From an uncultured Candidatus Rokubacteria bacterium (GTDB taxonomy: Bacteria; Methylomirabilota; Methylomirabilia; Rokubacteriales; DASRDR01): a DNA stretch of 64,000 nucleotides. A program made the position numbers and the translations under genes. Below are positions 39,153 through 49,931 of this stretch, in pieces. The stretch lies in the NCBI GenBank assembly GCA_963708025.1, contig CAVPSB010000025.1, forward strand, positions 384,001-448,000. The letters run 5' to 3'. The notes beneath the pieces are model-generated. The model ran no database searches. It was not told the origin of the DNA and worked only from the letters and a program-made list of their open reading frames with translations. Numbering within the stretch: the stretch's first letter is position 1; each line of letters begins with the position of its first letter.

Positions 39153-40805
39153 GTGGCGAGCCCGATCGATCCGAAATCCATGGCTGGCAAGGCGCCGGCG
39201 GTGGAGCGGCGCGTGCCGCTGGTGGTGGTCGGCGCGGGCGTGGCCGGCGTGGCGGCGGCGATCGAAGCCGCCAGGGCCGGCGTGGACGTCGTGCTGGTGG
39301 ACGAGAACCCCATCGACCACGACATGATGGCCATGGACCTGCCGCTCTACTTCGGCCAGCGCCTGCACCCGGCCTTGCGGAACCGGGCGGCGATGCTGCA
39401 GCGGGTGGTCGAGGGCAACCCGGCGCTAGCCGAGGCCGACGCGGCCGGGGTCGACGTGCAGCTCGGCACCTGCGTGTGGGGGGCTTTTCGGAACGGGCCC
39501 ACCCTGCGCGAGCTCGACGGGCCCGTGCTGGGGCTCGCCGACCTGGAGCGGTCGTGGCTGATCGGCTACGACCGGCTCGTCGTGGCCGCCGGCGCCCGGG
39601 ATCTCGCGCTGGGGTTTCCGGGCTGGGAGAAGGCGGGAACGATGGGCGCCAACGGCGCCTTCTCGCTGCTCACGCGCTACCAGGCGGTCGCTTCCCGGCG
39701 GATGCTGGTGCTGGGCTCGGGCACCCTGGGGCTCCAGACGGCGGCCCTGGCGCTGGAGCGCGGGGTGGAGGTGGCCGGCGTCGTGGAGGTCTCGCCCGCG
39801 GTGGGCGGTGACGCGTCACTTCACCGGATGCTGGAAGACAAGGGCGTGCGCTTCTATCCCGCCCACACGGTCAAGGAGGCCCGCGGCCGGACCGGGGAGG
39901 TCGAGTCCGTCGTGCTGGTCGGTGTCGGTCCCGACCTGGCGCCGATCGCGGGGAGCGAGACAGAGATCGCCTGCGACACCATCTGTCTCGCGATCGGGCT
40001 CGTCCCCAACGTCGAGCTCCTCGACCTGCTCGCCTGCCGCCTGCCGTTCCGATCCGAGCTGGGCGGCTTCGTGCCCGAGACCGACGAGTGGATGCGGACG
40101 AGCGTGGCGACCGCGTTCGTGGCCGGCGACTGCGCGGGGTTCCACGACGGCATGGTGACGGACCCGGACGTCGCCCGGGACCAGGGCCGGCTGGCTGGGA
40201 TCGCGGCGGCGGCGTCCCTCGGCGCGATCGACCGGGGCCGGGCCGGCGCGCTCCGCGCGGAGCTCAGGCGCCGCGATGGCCCCCGACCCGGGGAGGTGCA
40301 CGCCCACTGGCAGCGCTGGCTGGAGTCGCTGATCAACGCCGGGGGCTGGGACGTGAACACCTGTCAGTGCGAGGAGGTCACACGTCGGGAGCTGGCCGCC
40401 GTGCAGCCGCCGCGCTACCTCAAGTGGGAGTCCGACCGGATGCGCGCCCGGAGCCTCCACACCCTGCTCGAGGACGGGCCGGTCCATCCCGATCAGATCA
40501 AGCGTCTCACCCGGGTGGGCATGGGACCGTGTCAGGGCCGGCGCTGCCGGGAGCAGGTCGCCCTCCTGCTCGCCAACCAGGCCCGCACGCCCGTCGGCGA
40601 GGTCCCGCTGGCCAGCTACCGGGCGCCGGTGCGCCCGCTGCCGCTCTCGGTGCTGTGGCCCCGGGACGAGCCCCAGGAGGTGCGGACCGAATGGGTGTCC
40701 TGGTTCGGGATCCCGACCCAGTTCGCGCCGCACTGGGACGGCCCGCCGTCGGCGCAGCCGGACACCCCGGGAGCCGGTCCGGTCCCGTTCGGCGTGGACG
40801 AGTGA
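39153..40805 (+). CDS. FAD/NAD(P) oxidoreductase with BFD-like [2Fe-2S] motif (HcnB/OoxA/SoxA-like)
   Basis: GAGVAG, FVAGD, CQCEEVT..KRLTRVGMGPCQGRRC..RAPVRP; start uncertain. Confidence 0.85.
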   Translation: MASPIDPKSMAGKAPAVERRVPLVVVGAGVAGVAAAIEAARAGVDVVLVDENPIDHDMMAMDLPLYFGQRLHPALRNRAAMLQRVVEGNPALAEADAAGVDVQLGTCVWGAFRNGPTLRELDGPVLGLADLERSWLIGYDRLVVAAGARDLALGFPGWEKAGTMGANGAFSLLTRYQAVASRRMLVLGSGTLGLQTAALALERGVEVAGVVEVSPAVGGDASLHRMLEDKGVRFYPAHTVKEARGRTGEVESVVLVGVGPDLAPIAGSETEIACDTICLAIGLVPNVELLDLLACRLPFRSELGGFVPETDEWMRTSVATAFVAGDCAGFHDGMVTDPDVARDQGRLAGIAAAASLGAIDRGRAGALRAELRRRDGPRPGEVHAHWQRWLESLINAGGWDVNTCQCEEVTRRELAAVQPPRYLKWESDRMRARSLHTLLEDGPVHPDQIKRLTRVGMGPCQGRRCREQVALLLANQARTPVGEVPLASYRAPVRPLPLSVLWPRDEPQEVRTEWVSWFGIPTQFAPHWDGPPSAQPDTPGAGPVPFGVDE

Positions 40806-40833
40806 CGCGGCATCCATCGAGGGAGCGACATCC

Positions 40834-42024
40834 ATGAGCGAGGTGGCCGGCGCGTCGGTGGTGATCGTCGGCGGAGGCGTGACCGGGCTCAGTGCCGGGT
40901 GGTGGCTCGCGCGCGCCGGGGTGGACGTGCTCGTGCTCGAGAAGGGCATCGTGGGCTGGGAGGCCTCCGGGCGCAACGGCGGGGGCGCCACCCACATCTA
41001 CAGCCCGTTTGGCCTCGAGGAGCAGCGCCTCTGGCCCCAGATGGACGAGCTGCTCGGCTATCCCACCGAGCACCAGCCGAACCGGATCCGGGTCGCCCTC
41101 TCGCCCGCGCAGCTCACCTTCTACCGGCGGGGCGCCGAGATCGCCGCGGCCCGCGGATTGCGGACCGATTTCCTCGACGTCAAGCAGCTCAAGGAGCTGG
41201 TGCCGATCGTGGGCGACAACGCGGTGGGCGGGCTCTACACGCACTTCGGCGGCCACGCCAATCCGCAGCGGACCGTCCAGGCCTACGCCTGGGCGCTGCA
41301 GGATCACGGCGGCCGCATCTACCAGCAGACGACGGTCACCGGCTTCCGGGTCGCGGGTGGGCGCGTCACCGCGGTCGAGACCACGCGCGGGACGTTCGGC
41401 GCCGAGGTCGTGGTGGTCGCCGCCGGACCCCAGACCGGGCTGTTCGCGGCCATGGTCGGCGCATCGCTGCCGCTGGCGCCGGCCCGGGTCGAGATGATCG
41501 TGACCGAGCCGCTGCCGCTCATGTTCCGGGGCGGCGTCGACGGGAACGGGCTCTACGGGCGGCAGACCCTGCGCGGCAATCTCGTCTACGGCGGCGGTCC
41601 CCACGAGTGGATCGACGTGCCCGACATGGCGACGCCGGAGAAGCCGACCACGCCGCTCCTGCGCAACCTGGCTCGCCGCCTCGCCGAGCTGTTTCCCGGC
41701 GCCGCGCACCTCCGCCTGATCCGGAGCTGGGCGGGGGTCGTCGAGAACACGCCCGACGGGTTGCCCGTCGTCGACCGCCTGGCCGACCCCGACAACGTCG
41801 TCGTGGCGACCATGTCCAGCGTGGGCTTCGGGCTGTCGCCGGCGGTGGGGAAGGGGATCAGCGAGCTGGTCCAGCACGGCCGGTGCCTCTTCGCCGATCT
41901 GACCGCCCTGCGCCTCGACCGCTTCGCCGGCACCCCGCCGGACTGGCGCGAGCGCCAGGGCTGGGTCCCGGCGCCGGACCGTATCGCCGCCCGGGGGGCC
42001 GAGCTGGCCGACGTCATGCGATAG
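40834..42024 (+). CDS. DAO-family FAD oxidoreductase (HcnC/OoxB/SoxB-like)
   Basis: GGGVTG, ASGRNGG, RSWAG, TPDGLP, GFGLSP. Confidence 0.88.
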   Translation: MSEVAGASVVIVGGGVTGLSAGWWLARAGVDVLVLEKGIVGWEASGRNGGGATHIYSPFGLEEQRLWPQMDELLGYPTEHQPNRIRVALSPAQLTFYRRGAEIAAARGLRTDFLDVKQLKELVPIVGDNAVGGLYTHFGGHANPQRTVQAYAWALQDHGGRIYQQTTVTGFRVAGGRVTAVETTRGTFGAEVVVVAAGPQTGLFAAMVGASLPLAPARVEMIVTEPLPLMFRGGVDGNGLYGRQTLRGNLVYGGGPHEWIDVPDMATPEKPTTPLLRNLARRLAELFPGAAHLRLIRSWAGVVENTPDGLPVVDRLADPDNVVVATMSSVGFGLSPAVGKGISELVQHGRCLFADLTALRLDRFAGTPPDWRERQGWVPAPDRIAARGAELADVMR

Positions 42025-42086
42025 CCGGCGCTCCCGGCCGGCCTCCGACCGGGCCTGGCAACCTCCCTTCAACCCAGGAGTCAGTG

Positions 42087-43286
42087 ATGAGCGAGCTTTC
42101 TCGAACGGCCGACGTCGTCGTCGTCGGCGGTGGCGTGCACGGCGCGTCGGTGGCCTACCACCTGGCGAAGAAGCGGGCCGGTCGCGTCGTGCTGCTGGAG
42201 AAGAAGTTCCTGGCATCCGGTCCCACCGGTCGCTCGACGGCGGTGGTCCGCCGCCACTACGCCCACGACTACCTCACCGTCTCCGCCAACCGGTCGGCCG
42301 ACATCTACCGGAACTGGAAAGACATCATCGGCGACGAGTGCGGCTACAGCGAGATCGGCTGGGTCCAGTTCGTCGGCCATCGCGACGTCGCGGCCTTCGA
42401 GCGGGTCGTCGCCCGGGCGCGCGAGCTGGGCGCCGGGGTGCGCATGATCGGCCTCGACGACGTGAAGGCCCTGGTTCCCGCGATGGAGACCGGCGACATC
42501 GGGGCCGCCTGCTACGAGGAGCACTCGGGGTGCGGCGATCCCGCGCTGACGACGAACGCGTACGCGAAGGGCGCCCGCGAGCTGGGGGCCGAGATCGTCC
42601 AGTACACCGAGGTGACCAGCATCCGGACGACCGGGGACAAGGTGACCGGGGTCCGGACGGCGAAGGGCGACGTCGATGCGCCGGCGGTCGTGGTCTGCGC
42701 GGGTCTCTGGGCCAACTCGCTCACGTCGCCACTCGGCGTGGCGATTCCCATCCAGCCCCAGCGCCATCAGATGACCATCTTCCGGCGCCCGACCGAGTTC
42801 CCGACGCATCCGGCGGTCTACGACCTGATCCAGGGCACCTACTGCCGGCCCGATCACGGCGACCTCACGATCTACGGCATCACCCGCTACGCGGAGGCGG
42901 CGGACCCCGAGCGGTACAACGAGGCGGCCGACTACGAGGAGATCGAGAAGACCACCGAGGCGATCGCCTACCGCTTCCCGGTGATGGAGCGCGGGCTGTC
43001 CCGCGGCGGCTACTCGGGCCTGTACGACACGACGCCCGACCACCAGCCCGTGCTGGGTCCGGTGCCACAGATCGCGGGGCTCTACCTCGACTGTGGCTGG
43101 AGCGGCCACGGCTTCAAGCACTCGCCAGTCACGGGCGACGTGATCAGCGAGCTGGTCCTAACCGGCCGCCATCCGGATGGACTCGACGCCAGCGAGTTCA
43201 GCGTCTCCCGCTTCCGGGAGGGGCGACCGATCGCGCTGTCGGCGAAATACTCGCCGCCCAGGTACGGCGCCAGTCCGGCCGGCTGA
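42087..43286 (+). CDS. DAO-family FAD oxidoreductase (sarcosine oxidase beta-like)
   Basis: GGGVHG, SGPTGRS, YDTTPDHQP, SGHGFKHSP; AGGAG RBS. Confidence 0.88.
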   Translation: MSELSRTADVVVVGGGVHGASVAYHLAKKRAGRVVLLEKKFLASGPTGRSTAVVRRHYAHDYLTVSANRSADIYRNWKDIIGDECGYSEIGWVQFVGHRDVAAFERVVARARELGAGVRMIGLDDVKALVPAMETGDIGAACYEEHSGCGDPALTTNAYAKGARELGAEIVQYTEVTSIRTTGDKVTGVRTAKGDVDAPAVVVCAGLWANSLTSPLGVAIPIQPQRHQMTIFRRPTEFPTHPAVYDLIQGTYCRPDHGDLTIYGITRYAEAADPERYNEAADYEEIEKTTEAIAYRFPVMERGLSRGGYSGLYDTTPDHQPVLGPVPQIAGLYLDCGWSGHGFKHSPVTGDVISELVLTGRHPDGLDASEFSVSRFREGRPIALSAKYSPPRYGASPAG

Positions 43287-43306
43287 CCGGCCTTCCCGGG
43301 GTGGAC

Positions 43307-44569
43307 ATGGCGAGTGGCGGCTGGGATTTCGACGTGGCGGTCGTCGGCGGCGGCCCGGGCGGCTCCAGCACCGCCACCGCGCTGGCGCGGCTCGGCCGGA
43401 GGGTCGTCCTGCTGGAGCGGGAGCGATTCCCGCGCTTCCACATCGGCGAATCGCAGCTGCCGTGGAGCAACGAGGTCTTCCGGGTCCTGGGCGTCCACGA
43501 GGCCATCGCCGCTGCGGGCTTCGTCCAGAAGTGGGGCGCCACCTTCCGTGCCTACGGCAGCGCGGCCGAACAGTACGCGGACTTCGCCGCCGCCGTGGAG
43601 ACGCCGGCTCCCCAGACCTACCAGGTCCTCAGGCAGACGTTCGACGAGGTCCTCCTGCGCCACTCGGCCCGGTGCGGAGCGACGGTGCTCGAGAACCATC
43701 GTGTCCTCGACGCCGCCTTCGCCACCGACGGCGTCACCCTCCGCTTCGCCGACGCCGGCGGCGTCGAGCGCACGGCACGAGTCGGGGTCGTCGTCGACGC
43801 CTCGGGACGGGCCGCCCTCCTGCCGAAGCGGTTCGGCCGTCACGAGGTCGATCCGCTCCTGCGCAACATCGCCGTCCACGCCCAGTACGAGGGCATCCCG
43901 CGCGCAGACGGTCGGCGCGGCGGCGACATCCGGATGTTCACGCGCCCCGACATGGGCTGGCTCTGGCTGATCCCGCTCTCCGAGACCGTGATCAGCGTCG
44001 GGGCCGTGGTCCCGAAGGCGGTGCACCAGCGCGAGTCGAAGGCCACCGCCGAGGAGAGCCTCGCGCACTACCTCGCGGACACGCCCGCCGCGGCCCCGCT
44101 CCTCGAAAGGGCGCATCGGGTCTCCCCGGCCCGCTTCGACGCCGACTACTCGTATCTCGCGACCCGGATGGCGGGCGATCGCTGGGTGGCGGTGGGCGAC
44201 GCCGCGGCCTTTCTGGATCCCATCTTCTCGACCGGCGTGCTGCTCGCGATGCAGGGAGGCGTCGAAGCCGCCGAGGCGATCGACGCCGGGCTGCGCAGCG
44301 GAGATCTCTCGTCGAAGGCCTTCGTCGGGTACGAGCGCGTCGTCCGCCGGCGCTATCACCACTTCCGGCGCTTCGCGGTGGGGTTCTACGACCCGGCGTT
44401 CCGCGAGCTGTGGTTCATGCGCCCCAGGCGGTTGACTGTCTACCAGGCGATCGTGTCGGTCCTCGCCGGCAACTGGCGTCCCTCGCTGATGACGCGGCTC
44501 AAGGTCGAGGTGTTCTTCGCGGTGGTCGCCTGGCGGCGCCTCCTCCGCCGGGTCAGGCCATCTGGCTAG
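43307..44569 (+). CDS. Flavin-dependent halogenase-like protein
   Basis: GGGPGG, FPRFHIGES, GFVQKWGA, GWLWLIPL (WxWxIP), FLDPIFSTGV. Confidence 0.82.
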   Translation: MASGGWDFDVAVVGGGPGGSSTATALARLGRRVVLLERERFPRFHIGESQLPWSNEVFRVLGVHEAIAAAGFVQKWGATFRAYGSAAEQYADFAAAVETPAPQTYQVLRQTFDEVLLRHSARCGATVLENHRVLDAAFATDGVTLRFADAGGVERTARVGVVVDASGRAALLPKRFGRHEVDPLLRNIAVHAQYEGIPRADGRRGGDIRMFTRPDMGWLWLIPLSETVISVGAVVPKAVHQRESKATAEESLAHYLADTPAAAPLLERAHRVSPARFDADYSYLATRMAGDRWVAVGDAAAFLDPIFSTGVLLAMQGGVEAAEAIDAGLRSGDLSSKAFVGYERVVRRRYHHFRRFAVGFYDPAFRELWFMRPRRLTVYQAIVSVLAGNWRPSLMTRLKVEVFFAVVAWRRLLRRVRPSG

Positions 44570-44720
44570 ACACGGATGCTCCGCGCTGGGAGCGGGCCCC
44601 GGCGCCACCCGCGCCTCGCTCTGTGACCACATTCCGAATCATTCGGGCTGGCTCGCCGACGACGTGGAACAGGGCCGTCGAGCGACTCGTCGGTGACGGA
44701 GCGCTCGATCGGCTGGCGGA

Positions 44721-45722
44721 TCAAGCCGCGACCTTGGTGGCGGCCCGCCTCGGCGTGGGGATCTGGGAGGGGAGCGCCTGCCGGAGCGGGCGGATGTACT
44801 CGACCCCGATGCCGCAGCAGCCGCCGATGATCTGGACGCCCTGGCCGACCCACTTCCGCGCCAGGTCCAGGAACCCCTCGACGGTCACGTTGTTCTGGAC
44901 CTCCGGGTTGCGGTAGGTGTCGACGTAGTCCGTGCGCGCCGCCTCCGGGTAGATCCCGAGCGGTCCCGACCACTTCTCCATGACGATCGGGAGCGCCGAC
45001 GCGGTGTCGTCCACGTTGCTGTGGAACACGCTGACGACGGAGCCGCCCAGCGGGAGCACCTCGTCGAGACCCTGCGTGAGCGGGGTCTCCGACGAGTAGC
45101 CCAGCCGGACCGTCGGGTCGTCCTTGTCGGTGTGGACCTTGAAGCCCACCCACTTGGGCATCCCCTGGATCGAGCACGCCTGGGAGACCCACTTGCGGTG
45201 CTGGAGGCTGCCGGTCGACTCGCACAGGAGGAAGTCCACGCCGGCGTCGGCGAGGATCTCGGCCTGCTCGCGGAGGTTGGCCTGCGTCTGCTCCGCGGTG
45301 ATGGCGCTCCGGTTGAGCAGGGAGCGGTAGCGGCGGGTCTCGCCGCCCGTCACCAGGCCGAAGTTCGAGACCGACCCCGCGATGTAGACGGGACGGTCCT
45401 TGGCCGCGCGGTCCCGTGCCTCGCGGGCCAGCGCCACCGCGCGGATGTTCAGCTCGGCGGTGAGATCGCCGAGGCCCAGCGGCTCGAGGTTGTGCCGGGC
45501 CGAGGCGTACGTGTTGGTCGTGACGATGTCGACGCCGGCCTTGATGTAGGCCTCGTGCATGTGCCGGACCGTGTACGGGTGCGTCTGGAGCGCGGCGGCC
45601 GCCCACGCGTAGTTGTTCATGGGCACCCCCATCGACTGGAGCTGGGTGCCGACCGCACCGTCCAGGATGATGACGTGGCCCCGGTCGATCCGGTCCTGCA
45701 AGTTCTGAAAGCTGCCGCCCAT
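44721..45722 (-). CDS. Homocysteine S-methyltransferase family protein
   Basis: ILDGAVGT, HEAYIKAG..TTNTY, IIGGCCG. Confidence 0.88.
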   Translation of the reverse strand: MGGSFQNLQDRIDRGHVIILDGAVGTQLQSMGVPMNNYAWAAAALQTHPYTVRHMHEAYIKAGVDIVTTNTYASARHNLEPLGLGDLTAELNIRAVALAREARDRAAKDRPVYIAGSVSNFGLVTGGETRRYRSLLNRSAITAEQTQANLREQAEILADAGVDFLLCESTGSLQHRKWVSQACSIQGMPKWVGFKVHTDKDDPTVRLGYSSETPLTQGLDEVLPLGGSVVSVFHSNVDDTASALPIVMEKWSGPLGIYPEAARTDYVDTYRNPEVQNNVTVEGFLDLARKWVGQGVQIIGGCCGIGVEYIRPLRQALPSQIPTPRRAATKVAA

Positions 45723-45784
45723 GCCGTCCCCCTGATGGTTGGTGACGTCCGTATACCTGGCTGGCCGTCCGGAGTCCAGCGCGT

Positions 45785-45890
45785 ATCAGAACTCGCCCGG
45801 CGATTCGTGTCAAGCGGGCTCGGCGCCGTCATGGGAACCCCTCGGCTCAGCCCAAGCCCTTGACACGCGGTACGCCCGTATGCTTACGAT
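45785..45890. promoter_or_regulatory. Divergent sigma70-like promoters
   Basis: TTGACA on - (45808-45813, N17, TCTGAT) and on + (45860-45865). Confidence 0.4.
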
Positions 45891-46131
45891 GCCTCGACCC
45901 GAGAGGCGCGAACAGCGCACTCCTCAGGGGGCCGGTCTCGGGCGAGTGCAAGGCGGCACCCGACGAGGGATTCCCCTGGAGCCTTCGCCCTGGAGCTCCC
46001 GATGCCGAGACCACGGGGGAGGCTCGAGGTCGGCGTGATTCCATCCATCGGACGACTCACTGGGGAGTCGACGGCCAGAACGGCATGCCAACAGCCCGAG
46101 ATCGAACGCACACGGCAAAGGAGGGCGCCAC

Positions 46132-47841
46132 ATGGGTCTCAGGAAGACGTCACCGCTGAACATCATGCCAAGGAAGCGGGACTACCCTCACCCGTACATC
46201 CCCGAGCTCGTCGAGGATCTCCGCCAGAACCGCGTCAGCCGGCGCGAGTTCCTTCGCACCTCGACCCTCCTCGGCCTGTCGGCGACCACCGCCTACGCGA
46301 TCGCCGGCCGGATCACCGGCCAGCCGCTGACGCCGGCGGCCCACGCGCAAGCCGGGAAGGGCGGCGTGCTCAAGATCGGAATGCGGGTGCAGGAGATGAC
46401 CGATCCCGCGACCTTCGACTGGATGCACGAAGTCCAACATCGCCCGCCAGATGGTCGAGTACCTGGTCATCACCGGCCCGGACAACGTGACGCGGCCGTA
46501 CCTGGCCGAGAAGTGGCAGGCGTCCCCCGATCTGAAGACCTGGACGCTCTACCTGCGCAAGGGCATCACGTGGTCGAACGGCGACCCGTTCAACGCCGAC
46601 GACGTGGTGTTCAACTTCAAGCGCTGGCTCGATCCGAAGACCGGCTCGTCGAACCTCGGGCTTGTTCGCCGCGATGACCGACGAGATCACGGGCGCGGAC
46701 GGCAAGAAGACGAAGAAGATGACCGAGGGGGCGGTGGAGAAGGTCGACGCCCACACCGTGCGCCTCCACCTGAACCGGCCCGAGCTCGCCGTCCCGGAGA
46801 ACTGCTACAACTACCCCACCGCCATCGTCCACCGGAGCTTCGAGGACTGGGGCAAGGACCTCAGCAAGAAGCCGGTGGGCACCGGACCCTACGAGCTCGT
46901 CGAGTTCAAGGTCGGCGAGCGCGCGGTGCTCAAGAAGCGCAAGGCGCCCGTACTGGGGCGGCGACGTGAGCCTCGACGAGATCCACGTCATCGACCTGGG
47001 CGACGACCGGAACGCCCTCGTCGGCGCGCTCGCCTCCGGGCAGATCAACTACACCTGGGAGCTGGGCATCGCTCAGCTCGACGTGGTGAAGTCCCTGCCG
47101 GGTGCGCAGCTGTTCGAGGCGGTCACCGCGCAGACCGCCGTCGCCCGCATGCAGGTGACGCAGAAGCCGTTCGACAACAAGAAGCTGCGCCAGGCGCTGC
47201 AGGCCTGCATCAATCAGCAGACCAGGTGCTGGAGCTCGCGTACCGCGGCAAGGGCGTGGCCGGCGAGGACCACCACGTCGCGCCCATTCACCCCGAGTAC
47301 TTCAAGCTGCCGGCGACGAAGCCCGACATCGACAAGGCGAAGGCGCTGTTGAAGGAGGCGGGGCACTCGAGCGGCATCCAGCTCGCATCGACTGCAACAA
47401 CGACGACGAAGTGGGAGATCGACGCGGTGCAGGCGATGGTGGAGATGTGGAAGCCGGCCGGGATCAACGTGAAGATCAACGTCATGCCCGGTACCCAGTA
47501 CTGGGAGAACTGGACGAAGACGCCGTTCGGCATGACCGGCTGGACGCACCGCCCGCTCGGGGTGATGGTGCTCAATCTCGGCTACCGCACCGGCGTGCCG
47601 TGGAACGAGACCAAGTACAGCAATCCCGAGTTCGACAAGGCGCTCGACGATGCGTCCGGCACGCTCGACGTGAGCGAGCGGCGCAAGAAGATGGAGAAGG
47701 TGGAGAAGATCCTGCAGGACGACGCGATCGTCATGCAGCCGCTGTGGCGCTCGGTGTTCACCGCCGGCAGCACGAAGGTGCACAACATGAAGCGGCACCC
47801 CGACCACCTACTATCAGTTCAACCAGGTCTGGGTCGGGTAG
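46132..47841 (+). CDS. Family 5 ABC substrate-binding protein, Tat-exported; several frameshifts (near 46429, 46661, 46950, 47218, 47385-47408, 47805)
   Basis: [37 protein letters not shown]; pieces lie in successive frames. Confidence 0.85.
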
Positions 47842-48040
47842 CCGATCCCTCCGGGGGAGGGGGCGCCATGCCCCCTCCACCATCACCCCGCGCGGAGATG
47901 CGGATCCGGTAACGCGGAGGCCCGCTGGCCGCGGAGCTGGAGCGCCCGACACCGTGCGGCGGTGCACTCCCTGGTGTCCGGAGGGCCGGCAGACGAAGAG
48001 CCCGGCGCCGGCCGGCCTCCCCTGAGGAGGAGCGCGTGCG

Positions 48041-48973
48041 ATGCTGATCCTCATCGGCAAGCGCCTCGGCTTCATGGCGCTCACCATGGTCGTGGTCTCG
48101 ATGCTGGTGTTCCTGCTGCTCGAGATCAACGTCGCGGGGGTCGCGACCAAGGTCCTCGGCCCGTACTCGAGCCAGGATCAGCGCGAGATCTGGCTCAAGC
48201 AGAACGGATACTTCGATCCCCTCTATCAGCGATACCTTCGCTGGCTCGGGAACTTCGTCGTCGGGGACTTCGGGCAGTCCGTGCGCTTCAAGGCGCCGGT
48301 GGCCGACATCCTGGGGCCGCGATTGCGGAACACGGCGATCCTCGGCCTCGGGGTGTTCGTCGTGCTCATTCCGCTTTCCCTCACCCTGGGGATCCTCGCC
48401 GGCATGCGGGAAGGGTCGAAGCTCGACCGGGTGATCTCGGTCTCCAGCATCATCACGACCTCGGTCCCGGAGTTCGCGAGCTCGGTGTTCCTCGCCGCGA
48501 TCTTCGTCTTCGGGCTCAGATGGCTGCCCGGCACGAGCACCATGACCGACGGGTTCAACCTCAGGGAGCTGCTCCTCCCGATCCTGGTGCTCGTGCTGTA
48601 CGACTTCGGCTACGTGGCGCGCATGACGCGGGCCTCGATGGCCGAGGTCATGACCACGCACTACATCCGCACCGCGGTGCTCAAGGGGCTGCCCTACACG
48701 CAGGTGATCCTGAAGCACGCGCTGCGCAACGCCCTCATCGCGCCCTTCACGGTGATCATGCTGCAGGTGAGCTGGCTCCTCTCCGGCGTCATCGTCGTCG
48801 AGTCCTTCTTCGCCTACCGGGGGTTCGGGGCGCTCCTCCTCGAGGCCTCCCTCAACCAGGACATCTTCATGATCGAGGCGTGCGCGATGACCGCGGTGTT
48901 CGTCGCGGTCAGCACCCAGACGCTGGCCGACATCGGCTACACCTACCTCAATCCGCGCATCCGGTTCAGATAG
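48041..48973 (+). CDS. ABC permease (DppB-like)
   Basis: YIRTAVLKGL, HALRNAL, LNPRIRF. Confidence 0.9.
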   Translation: MLILIGKRLGFMALTMVVVSMLVFLLLEINVAGVATKVLGPYSSQDQREIWLKQNGYFDPLYQRYLRWLGNFVVGDFGQSVRFKAPVADILGPRLRNTAILGLGVFVVLIPLSLTLGILAGMREGSKLDRVISVSSIITTSVPEFASSVFLAAIFVFGLRWLPGTSTMTDGFNLRELLLPILVLVLYDFGYVARMTRASMAEVMTTHYIRTAVLKGLPYTQVILKHALRNALIAPFTVIMLQVSWLLSGVIVVESFFAYRGFGALLLEASLNQDIFMIEACAMTAVFVAVSTQTLADIGYTYLNPRIRFR

Positions 48974-48990
48974 CCGGAGAGAGGTTCGTC

Positions 48991-49900
48991 ATGGCACACG
49001 CGACCACGCTGACGGTGCCGGCGCCCGCGGCCGGGGCAGCCCTCGCGCGCGCGCTCAGGTCCTTCGGCCTCCTGCGCGAGAGCTGGGTCGGCATGCTCGG
49101 CGCGGGCCTCGTCCTGTTCTGGGTGGCCGTCGCCCTGTTCGCCCCGCTGATCGCGCCGTTCGGGCCGAACGCGACGCTCGTGCCGTTTCAGAAGCCGGGG
49201 GCGGCGTTCGCCGGGAACAGCAGCGTCCCGCCCGGCACGTTCTGGCTCGGCACCGACCATCTCGGCCGCGACATCCTCTCGCGGATCATCTGGGGGTCGC
49301 GCACCGTGCTGACCTACGCGCCACTCGCGACGGTGTGCGCGTACACGGTGGGCAGCCTGATGGGCCTGGCGGCGGGCTACAAGCGCGGATGGGTGGACGA
49401 CGTGCTGTCGCGCATCGCCGACGTCATCCTGTCGTTCCCGGTCCTCGTCCTCTACGTCATCATCATCGCCACGTTCGGGGCGTCGCCCATCAACATCATC
49501 TTCGCCATCACCTTCGCGAGCGGGCCGGGCATCATGCGCATCGTGCGCGGCCTCACCCTCGATCTCCGCGAGCCGCGAATACGTGGCCGCGGCCGAGACG
49601 CGCGGCGACAGCCCGTGGCGGATCATGCTCGTCGAGATCCTGCCGAACGCCCGCGGGCCCCTGATCGTCGACGCCTGCCTGCGGCTCGGCTACGTCACGA
49701 TCACCATCGGCGTCCTCGGCTTCCTCGGGCTGGGCCTCCCGCCCCCCAATCCCGATTGGGGCGGGATGATCAACGAAGCCCGCTCGATGGCGATCGCGTT
49801 CCCGCACATGACGCTCTTCCCGTGCGTCGCCATCTCGTCGCTGATCCTCGGCTTCAACCTGCTGGCCGACGGGTTGCGCGAGATCTCGCTGCGGGATTGA
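48991..49900 (+). CDS. ABC permease (DppC-like); frameshift near 49575
   Basis: LGTDHLGRD; continues YVAAAETRG..EILPN..NLLADGLRE in the next frame. Confidence 0.88.
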
Positions 49901-49931
49901 CCGCGACGCGCTGAACATCGGAGCCACGACG

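Noticed and set aside
39153-42024. HCN synthase hcnBC
   Set aside because: No hcnA-type ferredoxin gene is adjacent, and the same architecture is shared by opine, proline and sarcosine oxidases; the substrate cannot be assigned.
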